In this document: in pieces, positions 47,527 through 59,800 of the stretch
Position numbering within the stretch: the stretch's first letter is position 1
How the letters are laid out: each line of letters opens with the position of its first letter
Translations under genes and position numbers: made by a program
Assembly: GCA_949372655.1 (NCBI GenBank)
Contig: CASIAI010000002.1
Location: 295,184 to 359,183 of the forward strand
DNA from: Candidatus Poseidoniaceae archaeon
GTDB lineage: Archaea > Thermoplasmatota > Poseidoniia > Poseidoniales > Poseidoniaceae
DNA length: 64,000 nucleotides
Direction: 5' to 3'
Notes under the pieces: model-generated
What the model was told of the DNA's origin: nothing
Databases searched by the model: none
What the model saw: only the letters and a program-made list of their open reading frames with translations

Positions 47527-48483
47527 GTGGCATGGTTGATAGGTGAGACTGTGTCAATGTTCAAGCGTGCGTCCTTTCTTTTAGCTTTATACATGATTTC
47601 GATGTTATCCGTAGCCGCTCCAGCAGCTGCTCAGATTCCTACTGCGGCCATCTCAGTCACATGTGCTCCGATTAATATTAACGTTGAAGTAAAACCTGGT
47701 TCAACATACTCAGGTTTCACTACTTGTACAGCAACCAATCCTACTCAATACCAAGAGAAGATTAGTATTATCGTAACAAGCGATAACCTTGCTACTGCCG
47801 CTCCTGGTGATATGTATATTGGTGGAGGCCAAGATGTAGATTTCCAAATTTCTGTTCGGGCTACACCATACATGGCTATGCAAAGCCGTACATTATCAGT
47901 ATCAGCAACAGTACAGGAGATTCAAAGTGCACCACCGCCCAATTCGGCATCCTCTCAAAACAATATGATTGTTAACATTCTACAATACTCACTTGTTCAA
48001 GTTGAGGCAGTTGAACCATTCGTACAACTTATGCCAAAGACTGACAAGAATTTTGAATTCAAGGTATACAACCTTGGTAATCAAAAAGATTTCATGAAGG
48101 TTGGAATTACTGAATCTTACAGAGAAGAATTGGAAGAAGCAGGGTTTACAATCAATCTACCTTCGGTTAAGGTTCAAATCGATGCAATTCCAACTCCTAC
48201 CAATGTCAGAGTTCAAGCAAGAACTCCTAAGACCCAAGGTTGGAGCGATGCTTACCACGTTCTAGACTTCTATGCGGAATCAGAGTTTGCTTGTAACAAC
48301 GGTGGCTGTATTAGAGAGTCACAGATGATCACAGTTTATGTCCGTGGAGTTTATCTCCCAGGTTTCGAGTTAATCCCTGCTCTTTCAATGGTGGCACTAG
48401 CAGCAGCAGTTGTTGGTCGTAGATTCCTACCTGATGATGATGAATTCGAAGAGGAGTGGCGAGAAGCTGCTCCAGGCATTTGA
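47527..48483 (+). CDS. secreted CARDB-like beta-sandwich protein with PGF-like C-terminal anchor and acidic tail
   Basis: Signal peptide MFKRASFLLALYMISMLSVAAPAAAQ (probable start at Met 47557). FEFKVYNLGNQKDFMKV resembles CARDB/NEW3-type domains. C-terminus LPGFELIPALSMVALAAAVVGRRF followed by DDDEFEEEW. Confidence 0.65.
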   Translation: MAWLIGETVSMFKRASFLLALYMISMLSVAAPAAAQIPTAAISVTCAPININVEVKPGSTYSGFTTCTATNPTQYQEKISIIVTSDNLATAAPGDMYIGGGQDVDFQISVRATPYMAMQSRTLSVSATVQEIQSAPPPNSASSQNNMIVNILQYSLVQVEAVEPFVQLMPKTDKNFEFKVYNLGNQKDFMKVGITESYREELEEAGFTINLPSVKVQIDAIPTPTNVRVQARTPKTQGWSDAYHVLDFYAESEFACNNGGCIRESQMITVYVRGVYLPGFELIPALSMVALAAAVVGRRFLPDDDEFEEEWREAAPGI

Positions 48484-48579
48484 CAGTTTGAGTTAATTGG
48501 CTAAATCGCTATTTTGTGATGCCGGTAGGCGCTTAATTCATAACACAAGTCAATAGTCCATCGTTTGGAGACGGTAACT

Positions 48580-49812
48580 ATGGCTGGATTACTTGATAAG
48601 GCAAAGACAACTGAAACAGACGATAAGTCAACACAATCTAAAGAGGAAAAGACAGGATTGTTATCCAAAGGTACTTCAAAAGTAGTCTCTAAAACAACAG
48701 TAACGACCACCCAGGTCTTAGTCCAAGAAAATAGTAATGATACTGCTCGAATCATTGGAATGGTCGGCTGGGCCGTAATTCTAGTAGGCGCAATAATTTC
48801 TCTTCAAGGTGGAGGTTTTGGACTTCTTGTTGTACTTGTTGTATTAGCAATCGGTTTAGGTTCAATAATTCAATCACAGAGGATGACTGGAAATGTTTCA
48901 CAACCAAAGATGATAGCATCAGTAATAGTAGCAGTAATCATAGCGATTGGACCTTATGCTGCAGTAGTAATAGTCCCATCAAATGCTTCGATGGCTGTAA
49001 CTGAACTGACTATAAATGAGGCAGATAATGAAATCACTTTCCTTGTTAGAGGAAGTTTCTCAGAAGCATCAGCGGAAATATTTGTAGATGGAGTCTCCAC
49101 TTGGTCAAGTGATAAAGAAATGGATAATGATGTAGCAAGATTCAAAGTGCCAATATCTACTATATTCGATGGTAATGCTTTGGATTATCGTGCACAATCG
49201 GTCAAAGATTATAAAATCACAGTTTCATCCTCTGATGCTCAAGAAAAATCAATACCAATCGATGGAGATATGATGACTAGAGAAGTTCTTAACTCAGCAG
49301 CAAGAATCACTGAAGTTCTCAAAACCAATGCGGGTGGTACCCAAACAACCACAGATGGAATTACAGTAGAAGCGATAGTTGGGCTATTTTCTCCAAATGA
49401 AGGATCTGAAGATGATGGTAAGCACAGCATGACGAACCTTGCACTAATACCGGTTTCTTCTGATTACTCTTTCCAAGTTAAAGTGAAGAAAGGTAGTTCG
49501 GTTAAGTACACTATGAATACAATTTCAGTTGATGGTTTAGATGCAACTTGGTCAAGTTCCATGAGTGGTTCACAAAGCGGTAAAACAAGCGGTTGGCTTG
49601 GTATGCCTGGAACTGCTGAGAATCAACTTAATACAGAGTATCTACAAAGAGATGATTTCTATGATGGAGACGGATGTTATACCTTTGAAATTACGGTTAC
49701 AAATGCATTTACCCCGTCTGAAGGGAGTTCGACCATTAGTTCAACAGACTCTTGGAATCTCGACTGGAGTGAAACAGACTCTGGTGCTAATGGTGAAATG
49801 ACTACCTGTTGA
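48580..49812 (+). CDS. hypothetical membrane protein with large extracytoplasmic C-terminal domain
   Basis: The ORF is open from TTG at 48565; the first ATG is at 48580. It has a Lys/Thr-rich cytoplasmic N-terminus, three TM helices, then a roughly 270-aa Ser/Thr-rich domain ending in Cys. Confidence 0.55.
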   Translation: MAGLLDKAKTTETDDKSTQSKEEKTGLLSKGTSKVVSKTTVTTTQVLVQENSNDTARIIGMVGWAVILVGAIISLQGGGFGLLVVLVVLAIGLGSIIQSQRMTGNVSQPKMIASVIVAVIIAIGPYAAVVIVPSNASMAVTELTINEADNEITFLVRGSFSEASAEIFVDGVSTWSSDKEMDNDVARFKVPISTIFDGNALDYRAQSVKDYKITVSSSDAQEKSIPIDGDMMTREVLNSAARITEVLKTNAGGTQTTTDGITVEAIVGLFSPNEGSEDDGKHSMTNLALIPVSSDYSFQVKVKKGSSVKYTMNTISVDGLDATWSSSMSGSQSGKTSGWLGMPGTAENQLNTEYLQRDDFYDGDGCYTFEITVTNAFTPSEGSSTISSTDSWNLDWSETDSGANGEMTTC

Positions 49813-49835
49813 ATAACCAATTTCAGTTCAACTGA

Positions 49836-51557
49836 TTATTCTACTATGGTTTCTTCCTCAGATGCTTCAATAATATTTTCATCATATTGCTTTTCTTCAG
49901 TTTCCTCTTCAGTTACTTCTTCGGTTTCCTCGGTACTTTGTGCTCCTTTTCTTGTGACCAGTACAGTCCCCAAAACTATGAACACTAATAGAGCAGCATA
50001 GATTATTATTGGTGCATCCTCAGTATCATCAGCATCCTTGAAGGAGATCTCACTAGAGGTTGCACCTGAAGAACTTGCCAAATTATCTGCTAGTGAATTG
50101 AATCCAATAGGGACTAATGCTTTGCAAGTTAATGCCTTACTTCCTGAGGCATTTGCCCACCATGTAGTAGGTATCTTCTTTGATTCACCTACTTCAAGTG
50201 AAACAAGAAGAGTAGTAGTATCTGCAAGGTCACTACCTTCATAGCACCTGATATTAGTTTTTACAGGGGCATCTCCTGTATTGCTAACAGTTATCATTAC
50301 TCCTAATCCCTTGTTAGCAGTTCCGGAGGTGTCTTCTGCCACTACTGAATCTATTGAAACAAATGGTAAGTCAATCGATACTTCATGATATGGTACGGAT
50401 GGTGCAGGGTCAATTAGAATATCATAACCTTCACTCCAAGTTGTAACTCCCCCATTTAGAGTGATTAACACATCAGAATCCTCAGTTCCATAAACTCCAT
50501 CTCCACTTACCCATTCAATAATCCTCTTTGATTCAGAAGTTCCTATATCAACACGTCCATTTTCGTCTATAATATCGTCTCCAATATCACCAGTCAAACC
50601 TAAGCCTTCAAAATGAACAGTTGCCCCAGCATCCATAAGATTTGTTTGTATGACTCTTTGAGATAGAAGTCTTATCCATGAATCAGTAGTACCTCCAGTA
50701 CCAGTCATTGTATCGACATCATAGTTGATAACCGCTGAGTCATGTACAACAATATCTTCATCGGTACGACTACCAACTATTGAACTGGTCTCTGCTGTTA
50801 GCGATGAGCCATTCTTCACATTTATTGGAGCACTTCCAATCATTGTGCTATTTTTGAAATTACATTCACCGGAACAGAAAATGTCTGCACCCTGGAATTC
50901 TCCACCCATAGAGTTCATAGTACCATCAACTCTGACAATGAATGAAGGGTCACTTTTCCAAGCTAAACTAGACCCAGTCTGATTAATATCTTCAGCTCTA
51001 ATTGTTTGGATAACTCCATTAACATCTCTTGACTGTATTGTAGATATTTCTGGTAATATGAAGGAGTATAATTCAAAAGTGATATTGAATGGATTACCAT
51101 CATAATCTACATCAATCTCTACTTTATCCTTGCCGGAGACATTTGTCAGCTGTTCACCGATAGTTATGTTACAGTACTGTGTAGTGAATAAATCAAAATT
51201 AATTATCAATTGTCCACTACCTGTTAGACTACCAAAGTCAGCGTGAATCACGCTAGCATCATCAATTCTTAAGGCAGCATTGAGGTTTTCACCGATCAAT
51301 TTACCGTTTAGTTCTAAGATACCCCCTTGCTCAACTTGGATAGAAGATTCGTCTGCAATTGTGATATCTCCATTGATAGTCAAAGAGCCACCATTGGTAA
51401 TTAGCACATCACCATCTAAGGGTCCATCTGATTCCCAAGTTTCACTACTTGAAACTGTTTTAGTTGAACCATCATTCTGTGGGCTTGATGATACCAATGG
51501 TATGGTGGAAAGGCTTGTAATCATTAGCAGAATTGTGACAAGTATTACTCTTCGCAT
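49836..51557 (-). CDS. secreted, C-terminally anchored hypothetical protein (beta-helix-like) with poly-acidic tail
   Basis: 573 aa. Signal peptide VILVTILLMITSLSTIPLVSS. G/N/T/S-rich beta segments. TM IIIYAALLVFIVLGTVLV. Glu/Thr-rich tail. Confidence 0.55.
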   Translation of the reverse strand: MRRVILVTILLMITSLSTIPLVSSSPQNDGSTKTVSSSETWESDGPLDGDVLITNGGSLTINGDITIADESSIQVEQGGILELNGKLIGENLNAALRIDDASVIHADFGSLTGSGQLIINFDLFTTQYCNITIGEQLTNVSGKDKVEIDVDYDGNPFNITFELYSFILPEISTIQSRDVNGVIQTIRAEDINQTGSSLAWKSDPSFIVRVDGTMNSMGGEFQGADIFCSGECNFKNSTMIGSAPINVKNGSSLTAETSSIVGSRTDEDIVVHDSAVINYDVDTMTGTGGTTDSWIRLLSQRVIQTNLMDAGATVHFEGLGLTGDIGDDIIDENGRVDIGTSESKRIIEWVSGDGVYGTEDSDVLITLNGGVTTWSEGYDILIDPAPSVPYHEVSIDLPFVSIDSVVAEDTSGTANKGLGVMITVSNTGDAPVKTNIRCYEGSDLADTTTLLVSLEVGESKKIPTTWWANASGSKALTCKALVPIGFNSLADNLASSSGATSSEISFKDADDTEDAPIIIYAALLVFIVLGTVLVTRKGAQSTEETEEVTEEETEEKQYDENIIEASEEETIVE

Positions 51558-51617
51558 GAAATATACTCGAAGAGTCTACTCTTCAATGCTTCTCCTACAG
51601 GAGGCATAAATCAATGT

Positions 51618-52295
51618 TTAATATGGAACATCTTTCCAACCAATGGCATATCCAATTAGGTTGAATGAGCGATGAAGTACTGGAGTGATTAAAACCAAAA
51701 CTAACATTGGAAGTATTAGATCTGTAGACGACAATAACGAGCTTCCGAGGAATAATTGACCCCACAAGAATACCATTATTGCAAACGGCAATGTATCCAA
51801 GAGTGGTGCTTTTGAAGAAACTTCACCTTCTCGCTTGAGTCCACGTCTACGCTTAACAAACGAGCCAGTACTATCACCAAGTAAGCAAGCAAAGCCAAGA
51901 AAAGTACCTAAGATGAAAGCGGAGAGCATTTCTCCTCCAATGTCAAACCATGCTCCATCAAATCCTGTTAATGGATGAGAAAATATACCCGACTCGATGT
52001 TCGAACTATCGGGAGCGTCACCCATTATTGATACAATCAATACACAAAGTAATCCCGAGGTCATAGAACCTCCAATCAAACCATTCCAGGTTTTCCCATC
52101 ACCTAATATTCGATTTCCATCTTTCCAATTACGACCACCATCGATTGGCCAAGGACCATACCCTGTCTTAGGTAGCCATTTACCCCACATCATAGCAAAA
52201 GTATTTGCCAGAAAACCGGGTAAATATAGCCATAAAGTCATCAAACATAGTGATAGAAATCCTATGTCTAATGCAGTATCATTGACTGTAACCAT
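51618..52295 (-). CDS. carS: CDP-archaeol synthase (CDP-2,3-bis-O-geranylgeranyl-sn-glycerol synthase)
   Basis: 225 aa. Matches the conserved CarS blocks ILGDGKTW-x-G, GD-x-x-GSF-x-KRR, and the C-terminal W-K-D-V-P-Y (compare ...EVPW in characterised CarS). Confidence 0.85.
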   Translation of the reverse strand: MVTVNDTALDIGFLSLCLMTLWLYLPGFLANTFAMMWGKWLPKTGYGPWPIDGGRNWKDGNRILGDGKTWNGLIGGSMTSGLLCVLIVSIMGDAPDSSNIESGIFSHPLTGFDGAWFDIGGEMLSAFILGTFLGFACLLGDSTGSFVKRRRGLKREGEVSSKAPLLDTLPFAIMVFLWGQLFLGSSLLSSTDLILPMLVLVLITPVLHRSFNLIGYAIGWKDVPY

Positions 52296-52390
52296 GTATG
52301 ACGCTATGTAGCGAGGCTCTTAACATTTGAGACATTAGGTTGTATCATTTTGACGCGATAGATTATCAAGTGGTTAGTAGAAGCAACCTC

Positions 52391-53653
52391 ATGGGAGATA
52401 AGTCGGTGCTTGTTATCGGTGGCGGAGGTCGTGAACACTCTCTTTGCATAGAATTATCAAATTCACCACTTGTCGCCGAGGTTCATTGCTGCCCAGGTAA
52501 TGCAGGTACTAGGCAAATTGCTACCAATCATAATGTTTCAGTATCCGATATCAAATCAATAGTATCTCTTGCTAAGAGATTAGATGTAGATTTAGTAGTG
52601 GTTGGCCCTGAGGGTCCGCTCTGCCAAGGTTTGGCTGATGATTTATCTAAATTAGAAATTCCATGCTTTGGCCCAACTTCTAAACTTGCTAATCTTGAAG
52701 GTTCGAAATTATATGCAAAAGAAATTATGAGCAAGGTAGGAGTTCCCACCGCGAGTTATCATATTCTTTCTGAAGGTTCAGACATAGATTTAGCGCTTGA
52801 TGAATTTTCTGACAACCCTTGGGTTGTCAAAAGAGATGTTTTGGCTGGTGGAAAAGGAGTTGTAGTCACCTCGGATAGGTCTGAAGCAAAAGATTTCATT
52901 GAGCAATCTATTACAAGCGACGGCAAAGTATTGCTAGAGCAATTTCTCCCTGGCGAAGAAGCAAGCATGTTGGTAGTGATGGATGGTAGTGGTTTTGTTT
53001 GTTTACCCGCCAGTCAAGACCACAAAAGGGCTTATGACGGTGATAATGGCCCAAATACTGGTGGTATGGGCGCATATTGCCCTGCTCCAGTAGTTACACT
53101 CGAGGTCAAAGATAAGGTGATTAAAACTATTATTCAACCAATGCATGACTACCTATCTTCTTTGAGTACTCCCTATCGTGGAGTTTTATATGTTGGACTA
53201 ATGATTACCGAATCGGGCGTTCCAAATGTTGTAGAATTTAATGTCCGTTTTGGAGATCCGGAATGTCAAATAACTTTGCCACTTATCAAATCTGATGTTT
53301 ATGAAATACTCCATTCAGCATCCACTGATAAATTATCATCTTTGGTTGTCGAATTTTATGCTAAGCATTCATTGACAGTAGTATTAGCCGCAGAGGGATA
53401 TCCTTCTAATCCGGTCAAGGGTAGAATTATCAATGGTTTAACTGAAGAGGAATTAACTCATGCTTGGATAAATCATGCTGGAACTTCATTAAATGATAAC
53501 GGAGAAATCATTTCAACTGGTGGAAGAGTTTTATCTTGCAGTGCTACTGGAGATTCCCTAGAGGAAGCTGCTAAGCGAGCATATCAATTATTGGAAACTA
53601 TTGCCCTAGATGGCTCACATTACAGAACAGATATCGGACATAGGGCGCTCTGA
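52391..53653 (+). CDS. purD: phosphoribosylamine--glycine ligase
   Basis: VLVIGGGGREHSL, ATP-grasp core, GPNTGGMGAY. The ORF is open from 52340. ATG at 52391 gives the canonical N-terminus. Confidence 0.92.
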   Translation: MGDKSVLVIGGGGREHSLCIELSNSPLVAEVHCCPGNAGTRQIATNHNVSVSDIKSIVSLAKRLDVDLVVVGPEGPLCQGLADDLSKLEIPCFGPTSKLANLEGSKLYAKEIMSKVGVPTASYHILSEGSDIDLALDEFSDNPWVVKRDVLAGGKGVVVTSDRSEAKDFIEQSITSDGKVLLEQFLPGEEASMLVVMDGSGFVCLPASQDHKRAYDGDNGPNTGGMGAYCPAPVVTLEVKDKVIKTIIQPMHDYLSSLSTPYRGVLYVGLMITESGVPNVVEFNVRFGDPECQITLPLIKSDVYEILHSASTDKLSSLVVEFYAKHSLTVVLAAEGYPSNPVKGRIINGLTEEELTHAWINHAGTSLNDNGEIISTGGRVLSCSATGDSLEEAAKRAYQLLETIALDGSHYRTDIGHRAL

Positions 53654-53830
53654 ATATTTGAACTCGGCGGTAGTTATTTGACTTAAAAAAATACTCATTT
53701 AACCCCCAAATTCAAAGTACTGCGTCTAAAGTGGAAGATGTCTGCGTGCGTCATCATTAAAAGATGACCCAAAGTGGCGAAGTCGCTTCAGCCTATCGGC
53801 TGTCGCGAAAACAAGACAGAGGGAAAAAAT

Positions 53831-56800
53831 ATGGAAGAAAAAACAGGTAGTCCGCGAACAGCACCGGCACCACTGCTAGGATGGCTAATTGCCCCCCTTG
53901 CAGTATTGCTGGCAATCGCAGCCATCAAGGTCGTAGGAATCAACTTCGATCTGGATTTAGACAATATGATGCCGATGCTCGTCATCGTCATCGCAGGAAT
54001 TTTGGGTACGGTTCCACGTATCCTAAAAAACAACGATATGATTCCACTTGGTTCTTCAACTCTTTCCCTCGCAACACTCGGTGTTGCCATGGTTGGACAT
54101 CAAGCAATAACTCACCTTTCAGATTTGGGTGCATTCACCGCGCTTCAATTCTTAATTGTGACATTCGTTGTTTACTACTTTGACTCCAGGGCTCGTTATG
54201 AGTGGTCTACAGTCACTATTTTTACTGCAATTGGCCTAAACATAGGTATGGTTGCATCTAATTTCTACAATGGAGAATTAGTAACTATTTTTGAGAGACA
54301 AGAAGGTGGTTTCATCTCTACTCTTAATTTGCAGAGGCAAGCATTAGGTTACATCTTTTTCAGTTACTTGATGATTTTTACACTTTTGGGATTGTTAGTC
54401 GCAGTTCTTACTAGAGGTGTTCTAAACGCAGAAAGTGATGAAGGATGGTTTGGAAACATTAGCTCTTCTCAGGGTCTTTGGAATAAATCAACACTTCCTT
54501 TACAAATTGGAATACTAGTATGGATTCTCGCCCATGTTGCGAGTCTCTGGCATTTCGAATCTGTCTCTATGTCAGATAAACTTGGAATTACTAGCGTTGA
54601 AGGATATCACGGCCATTTTGGATTTTGGGCGGCTTTCTTCACAGGTCTTGTAGCAGTTTTAGTTGCAGGAATGTTTTCAGAAAGATGGCACACAAGAGCA
54701 ATGCTAACAGGTTCCATGTGGACACTTTACCAAATTTCATCTTGGTATGAGAAGGGCATGTGGGAAGCAAAACAACTTGATGGAACATGGGGTGCCTTGA
54801 TTTGGTTAGGTATCACCTTCTTCATATGTGTAGGAATATACATGATTTCAACCCACGAAAAGTGGGGTGGATGGTCTAACAAAGAAGACCATGAAATAAG
54901 CGGAGCAAGAAAGTTCTGGAATGCTCACTGGTCTGGAATAATGATTGGAATGGCCTTCTTCTTCGGTCTTGTTATTCGTATTCAATGGTATGCTGTACCG
55001 TCCATGAATGCTTATGGAACAGGCAACTGGGATATGACCGGTGGTTCTGACCCATGGTACATGAAGAGAGTTGTAGATTACATTATTGCTAACGATGCAC
55101 ATCTTATCATGGATGCTGATAGGGCTTATCCATTAGGAGGAATTAATCCTAGGCCACCTTTGTTTACTTGGTCTATTGCGATTCTGTCAATGTTACTTGA
55201 ACCAATGTTGGGTGATGACGCAGTATGGTACGCAATGCTTGGTCTTCCAGCAGTTTACGGTGCATTAACAATCTTCCCAATTGCTACTATCGCTAAAGAC
55301 CACTTTGGCAAGTCAACTGGTGTTATTGCAGCTTGGTTAATTTCATTCATGCCTGCACATGTTAGTCACTCTACTTGGGCTCTAGCCGACCACGATGCCT
55401 TTGTTATGCTATTTATCTCACTAGGTATCATGTATTGGATGAAGGCAATGAAGTATTCTGGTTCTGATCGACTAACAAGAAACTCATCACCTAGGTTATC
55501 ATCGATTTTAACTTCCTTTGGTGTAGTTGCTAGAGAGCGAAAAGCAGCAATGTCTTTTGCTATTCTTGCGGGAGTTTCCTTTGGTGTAGCATCTCTTGGT
55601 TGGAAAGGTTTCGTTGTTGGACCGAGCATTTTGTTCTTGGCCTACTTCGTACAAGTCGCATTGAATATGTTTAGGAGAAGAGATTCGACTACTATCAATA
55701 CTCTGTTCTTGACAATGTTAGGTGTTAACCTTCTGATGGCAATACCATTCTATGGGCATCCAGAGTTTGATTTGATTTTCAATGGAACCGGCCTACAACC
55801 ATTCTTGTTTGTACTCGGGTTCTCAGTTGTAATTGCATATATTACCACTGGATTTAGAGATAAGCCTTGGTTATTAGTTCTTGGAACATTAACAGTTGCA
55901 GCATTGATTTTCTTTACCATTCTTTGGACTCTCAAGCAATTCGATATTTCCAATGCGTGGGATGTTCTATTCACAGGTAGTGGATATTTCACAAAGACTA
56001 AGATTTTTGGAACTGTTGCTGAAGCAAATCCACCAGATAGAGGTCAGTTATTTGCCCAACTTGGACCGATTGTTCTTGTTCTTGCTTTGACAATGGGTAT
56101 CTACAGTTTGTGGTCTTCGCTAAGAACACGTAATCAATCACACCTCGTTTTCGGAATTTGGATTTTCGCAGCCACATACATGGCATGGACTGCTGCAAGA
56201 TTTATGTTCAATGCAACACCTGCTGTTGCCATACTTGGCGCATGGGGAATTTCTGCACTATGGCGTAAGGCAAATTGGGATGGTCTTATGAAAGCATGGA
56301 AGAAATTCGGTATTCGTACACCTGCAGATAGAATTACAGGTGCCAGAAAAGCGATATGGAAAACTCCTTCATTCTCTGCTATCTTATTGATCTTCGTACT
56401 TCTAGGTGGACAGCAGTTCACCTATGGTCTAGATGCAGCAATTCCAAGTTCCGCTGAGTCAGAAGATGAACTTGACGAAACCATCTTTAATTTGATTCCC
56501 GACGCTCTAAGATGGGAGTTGGCAGGATTCTCAATTCTAGATAGCAGTTCATATTCAGGTAACTGGTATCTTGGTTCCTTTGGTTCAGGATATAATGATC
56601 AAGGTTGGAATGGTGCATATGAATGGCTTGCTAACCAAGATGCAGGCGATGCATATTCCGATAAGCCAGCTTTCGTTTCATGGTGGGACTACGGATTCCA
56701 AGCACTAGATACTGGAGAACATCCATCGGTATCTGATAACTTCCAATCCGGGATTCCAGCATCTGGAAATATGCTTCTTGCTAGAAATCAAGATGATTTG

Positions 56801-59800
56801 ATTTCTATGTTCGTTTGGCAACTGGCACAAGGTGACTTGAGTTACTCCGTATCAAAGGGAGATGGCTATGAGTTGACTAGCGGATATGAGAATATATTAG
56901 AAAATCACCTTTCAGCAGAACAATTGGAACAGTTCAAAGATTCACAAGAAAATGTGGACTTTGATGAAATGAAAGAAATGATTGATGATTATTCATTCAA
57001 GGTAATTCAAACCAATCGCGAAGTAGTAATGGCTGAAGGTCATCACAGAGCGGATGGAGTTGCAGATACATCAGCAAGTTTCTGGAGACTATATGAAGAC
57101 GGAGAGAGAATTCTTTGTGATGAAGTAGTTTCTAGTTCCTGTTCAGATGGTGATTGGTCAACCTTTGATGACGCTAATTTGACATTCAATAATGAGGTGC
57201 GTTCAGGTCAAGAATCAACTTATGATACCACCCATTATATCTTTGGAGACTATTGGTATACTGAAGATTTGAGATCAGAATTTTCTTCAGTATCTACGCA
57301 TATCCATAGAAAGAATACTCGTTTAGCATTAGCAGTTCAATTATTGTCAGACAGCCTTGATTCTGATGGAATAACAAATCTTTACCACGACCTTATTGGC
57401 CTAGAAGATTATTATCATGTTCAAGATTATGAAGGTCTACCAGGAGATATGATCTCTAGAGACCACGAAATCCGATATTTTGCAATCGATAACAGACTAT
57501 ACCCGAGAGCCGGTAAATATACTCAAGATTATAATTATAATCAAGGTCAACCAATGGGGATTTTCGGAGCACCTACTATTCTTAGTGGACAAGACATTTC
57601 TACATTCATGAATGAAGTTTACGAAACTACTCGAGATGGAATTCCTCAAGAACTAACACGTGAACAAGTTGATGATGCAATGACTGATGACTTCCTTGAC
57701 CAACAAGCGGGACTCGAAATAGACCCATTACAAGTTGAGGACGTTAGAGTTGACCACAATGCTGCTTTCTTTGACACTATGCTATCACGAGCATACGTCG
57801 GTTATGGAGCTTCATCATTGGGAGTCAATACCGACTCGAGTAACCCTCAACCATCTCAACACTTCGGTCAATCCGGAACACCTGGAAGTTACTTACAACA
57901 GGCTCTTCCTATGCCTGGAGCCATGATGAATCATTTTGTTATCGCCAACTGGTACAGTGAAGATTCTAACCTTTCTTTCGGACAAACTAACACACTTGTC
58001 AAGATTCTAAAGTACTATTCTGGTGCTGAAGTATCTGGTCAAGTCACCATGTCTGATAATGGTGATTCTCTTCCTGGAGTTAGACTTTTGATTGAAAGAG
58101 ACGCATTCTCAGGAGAAGGTTCCGAAGATTTAGACAATGATACTTATTGGATTCCTATCGGATATACTGATGCAGATGAAGATGGAAAATGGTCTTTTGA
58201 TGCTCCTGCTGGAAAGATACGAGTTAGCGCATTTACTGGTACTCTTAACTTTACAACAGCTCGTAATTCAATTTCAGATGGTTCATTTGCACAAAATTTG
58301 AATGATGTTTTGAATGAGTTCAATACTGAAAGGTCTGTGAACGAAGTTACAGCTATTCTAGGTAATGTTGCAAATATGACTTGGTTAGGCGAAGTCCAAA
58401 TGAATGTTACCGGTGAGCAAGCCAATAGAACTGATATTGTTACCGAGACCATGGATATCGAAGTATCTAGTTCTGGAATCTCGGGTATGGTTTCATGGAC
58501 TGGCGATGAACTGTTCAATGGCGATCCTCTAGTCAATACCGACATAGTTTTGCGTAGTACCTTTGGAATTTCTGATGATGTCACCGTAACTACTACAAAT
58601 GGTTCTTTTACTACAGATGAGACACGAATTGTTCAAGGTACAGGGGAAGTTACTTTCACTGAGAATGGAACATTCGTAAGCGAAGGAATCGCTTCTGTTG
58701 TAGACTTCTCAGGTACATTTACTAGAGATATTAACGATGGCAGAACATTCGTTGCTAACGGTACATGGGATGGAACTGGGTCGATTAAGGCTTCTTGGAT
58801 CAATATGGATAGTTCAGACGTTGTAGCATGTGATGTAGATCCTGATAATAGTGCAAATATCACCATGCCAGTTAACCAAACCATATGTTTGAAGGATGCA
58901 ACAGGAACTTTACCTGTGTACATGATAGATGGAGTTTTAGAGGCTAATGGTAGATTCACATCAGTTGGAAAAACTGTTCTAGTTCAAGAAATTGAACTTT
59001 CTACATTTGAAGGAATAGGAAGCTTTGTAGGAACTGGTACATTTAATGGAACAGGTCAATTTACTGGAATTGGGGATTTCTCTGGTGACTTAGTAAAGCC
59101 TGGTTCCTTCTACCAGACAGGATTAGTGCCTGGTGATTATGAAGTATTTGCGCAACTTGAAAATGGTCGAGAAGTGAAATTACCTCAGATTGTGAGCGTC
59201 GGTTTGACTCCGAGTTATGATGTTGAAGTAACGATCCCTGGTTCGATACTTCGTGGAAATATCACAGACAGCGCTGGAGAAGTCATCGAAGGATTAGAGA
59301 ATTTTGAATGGGATGATAAATCTTTAGACGGAGCTGCTTTACAAATACCTGTAAACGAAACTGGAAACTATAATTATGGTCCAATTTCAACAGGTGATTA
59401 TCAAGTTAGAATCGATGTAGATAGCGATGGATTCTTTGAAGTTAATCAGACAATCTTTGTTAATAATGTGTCCAATGTATTGACTCCTATATCTGTAATA
59501 CAGGATATGTATGACATTTCTATACAACTTACTTCCCCAGTCAATGACTCGAATGGAGAAGATTTGATAGAATTAGGAAACCGTACTCTTCAACTACAAT
59601 CTGATTTGTCAGAAATGGCAAAGACTGTTGAAAGTGATGAGAATGGAATGATTAAGGCTGAATTAATCCCAGGAAACTACAATCTGTTTGATTCTCTTTC
59701 CGAAGATTATCTACTATTCGAATCGTTTGAATTAGTCGATGAAAACTTGTCTTTAACAGTTGATTATTCAATATCTTCAACCGTTTCAGGTAAATTATTG

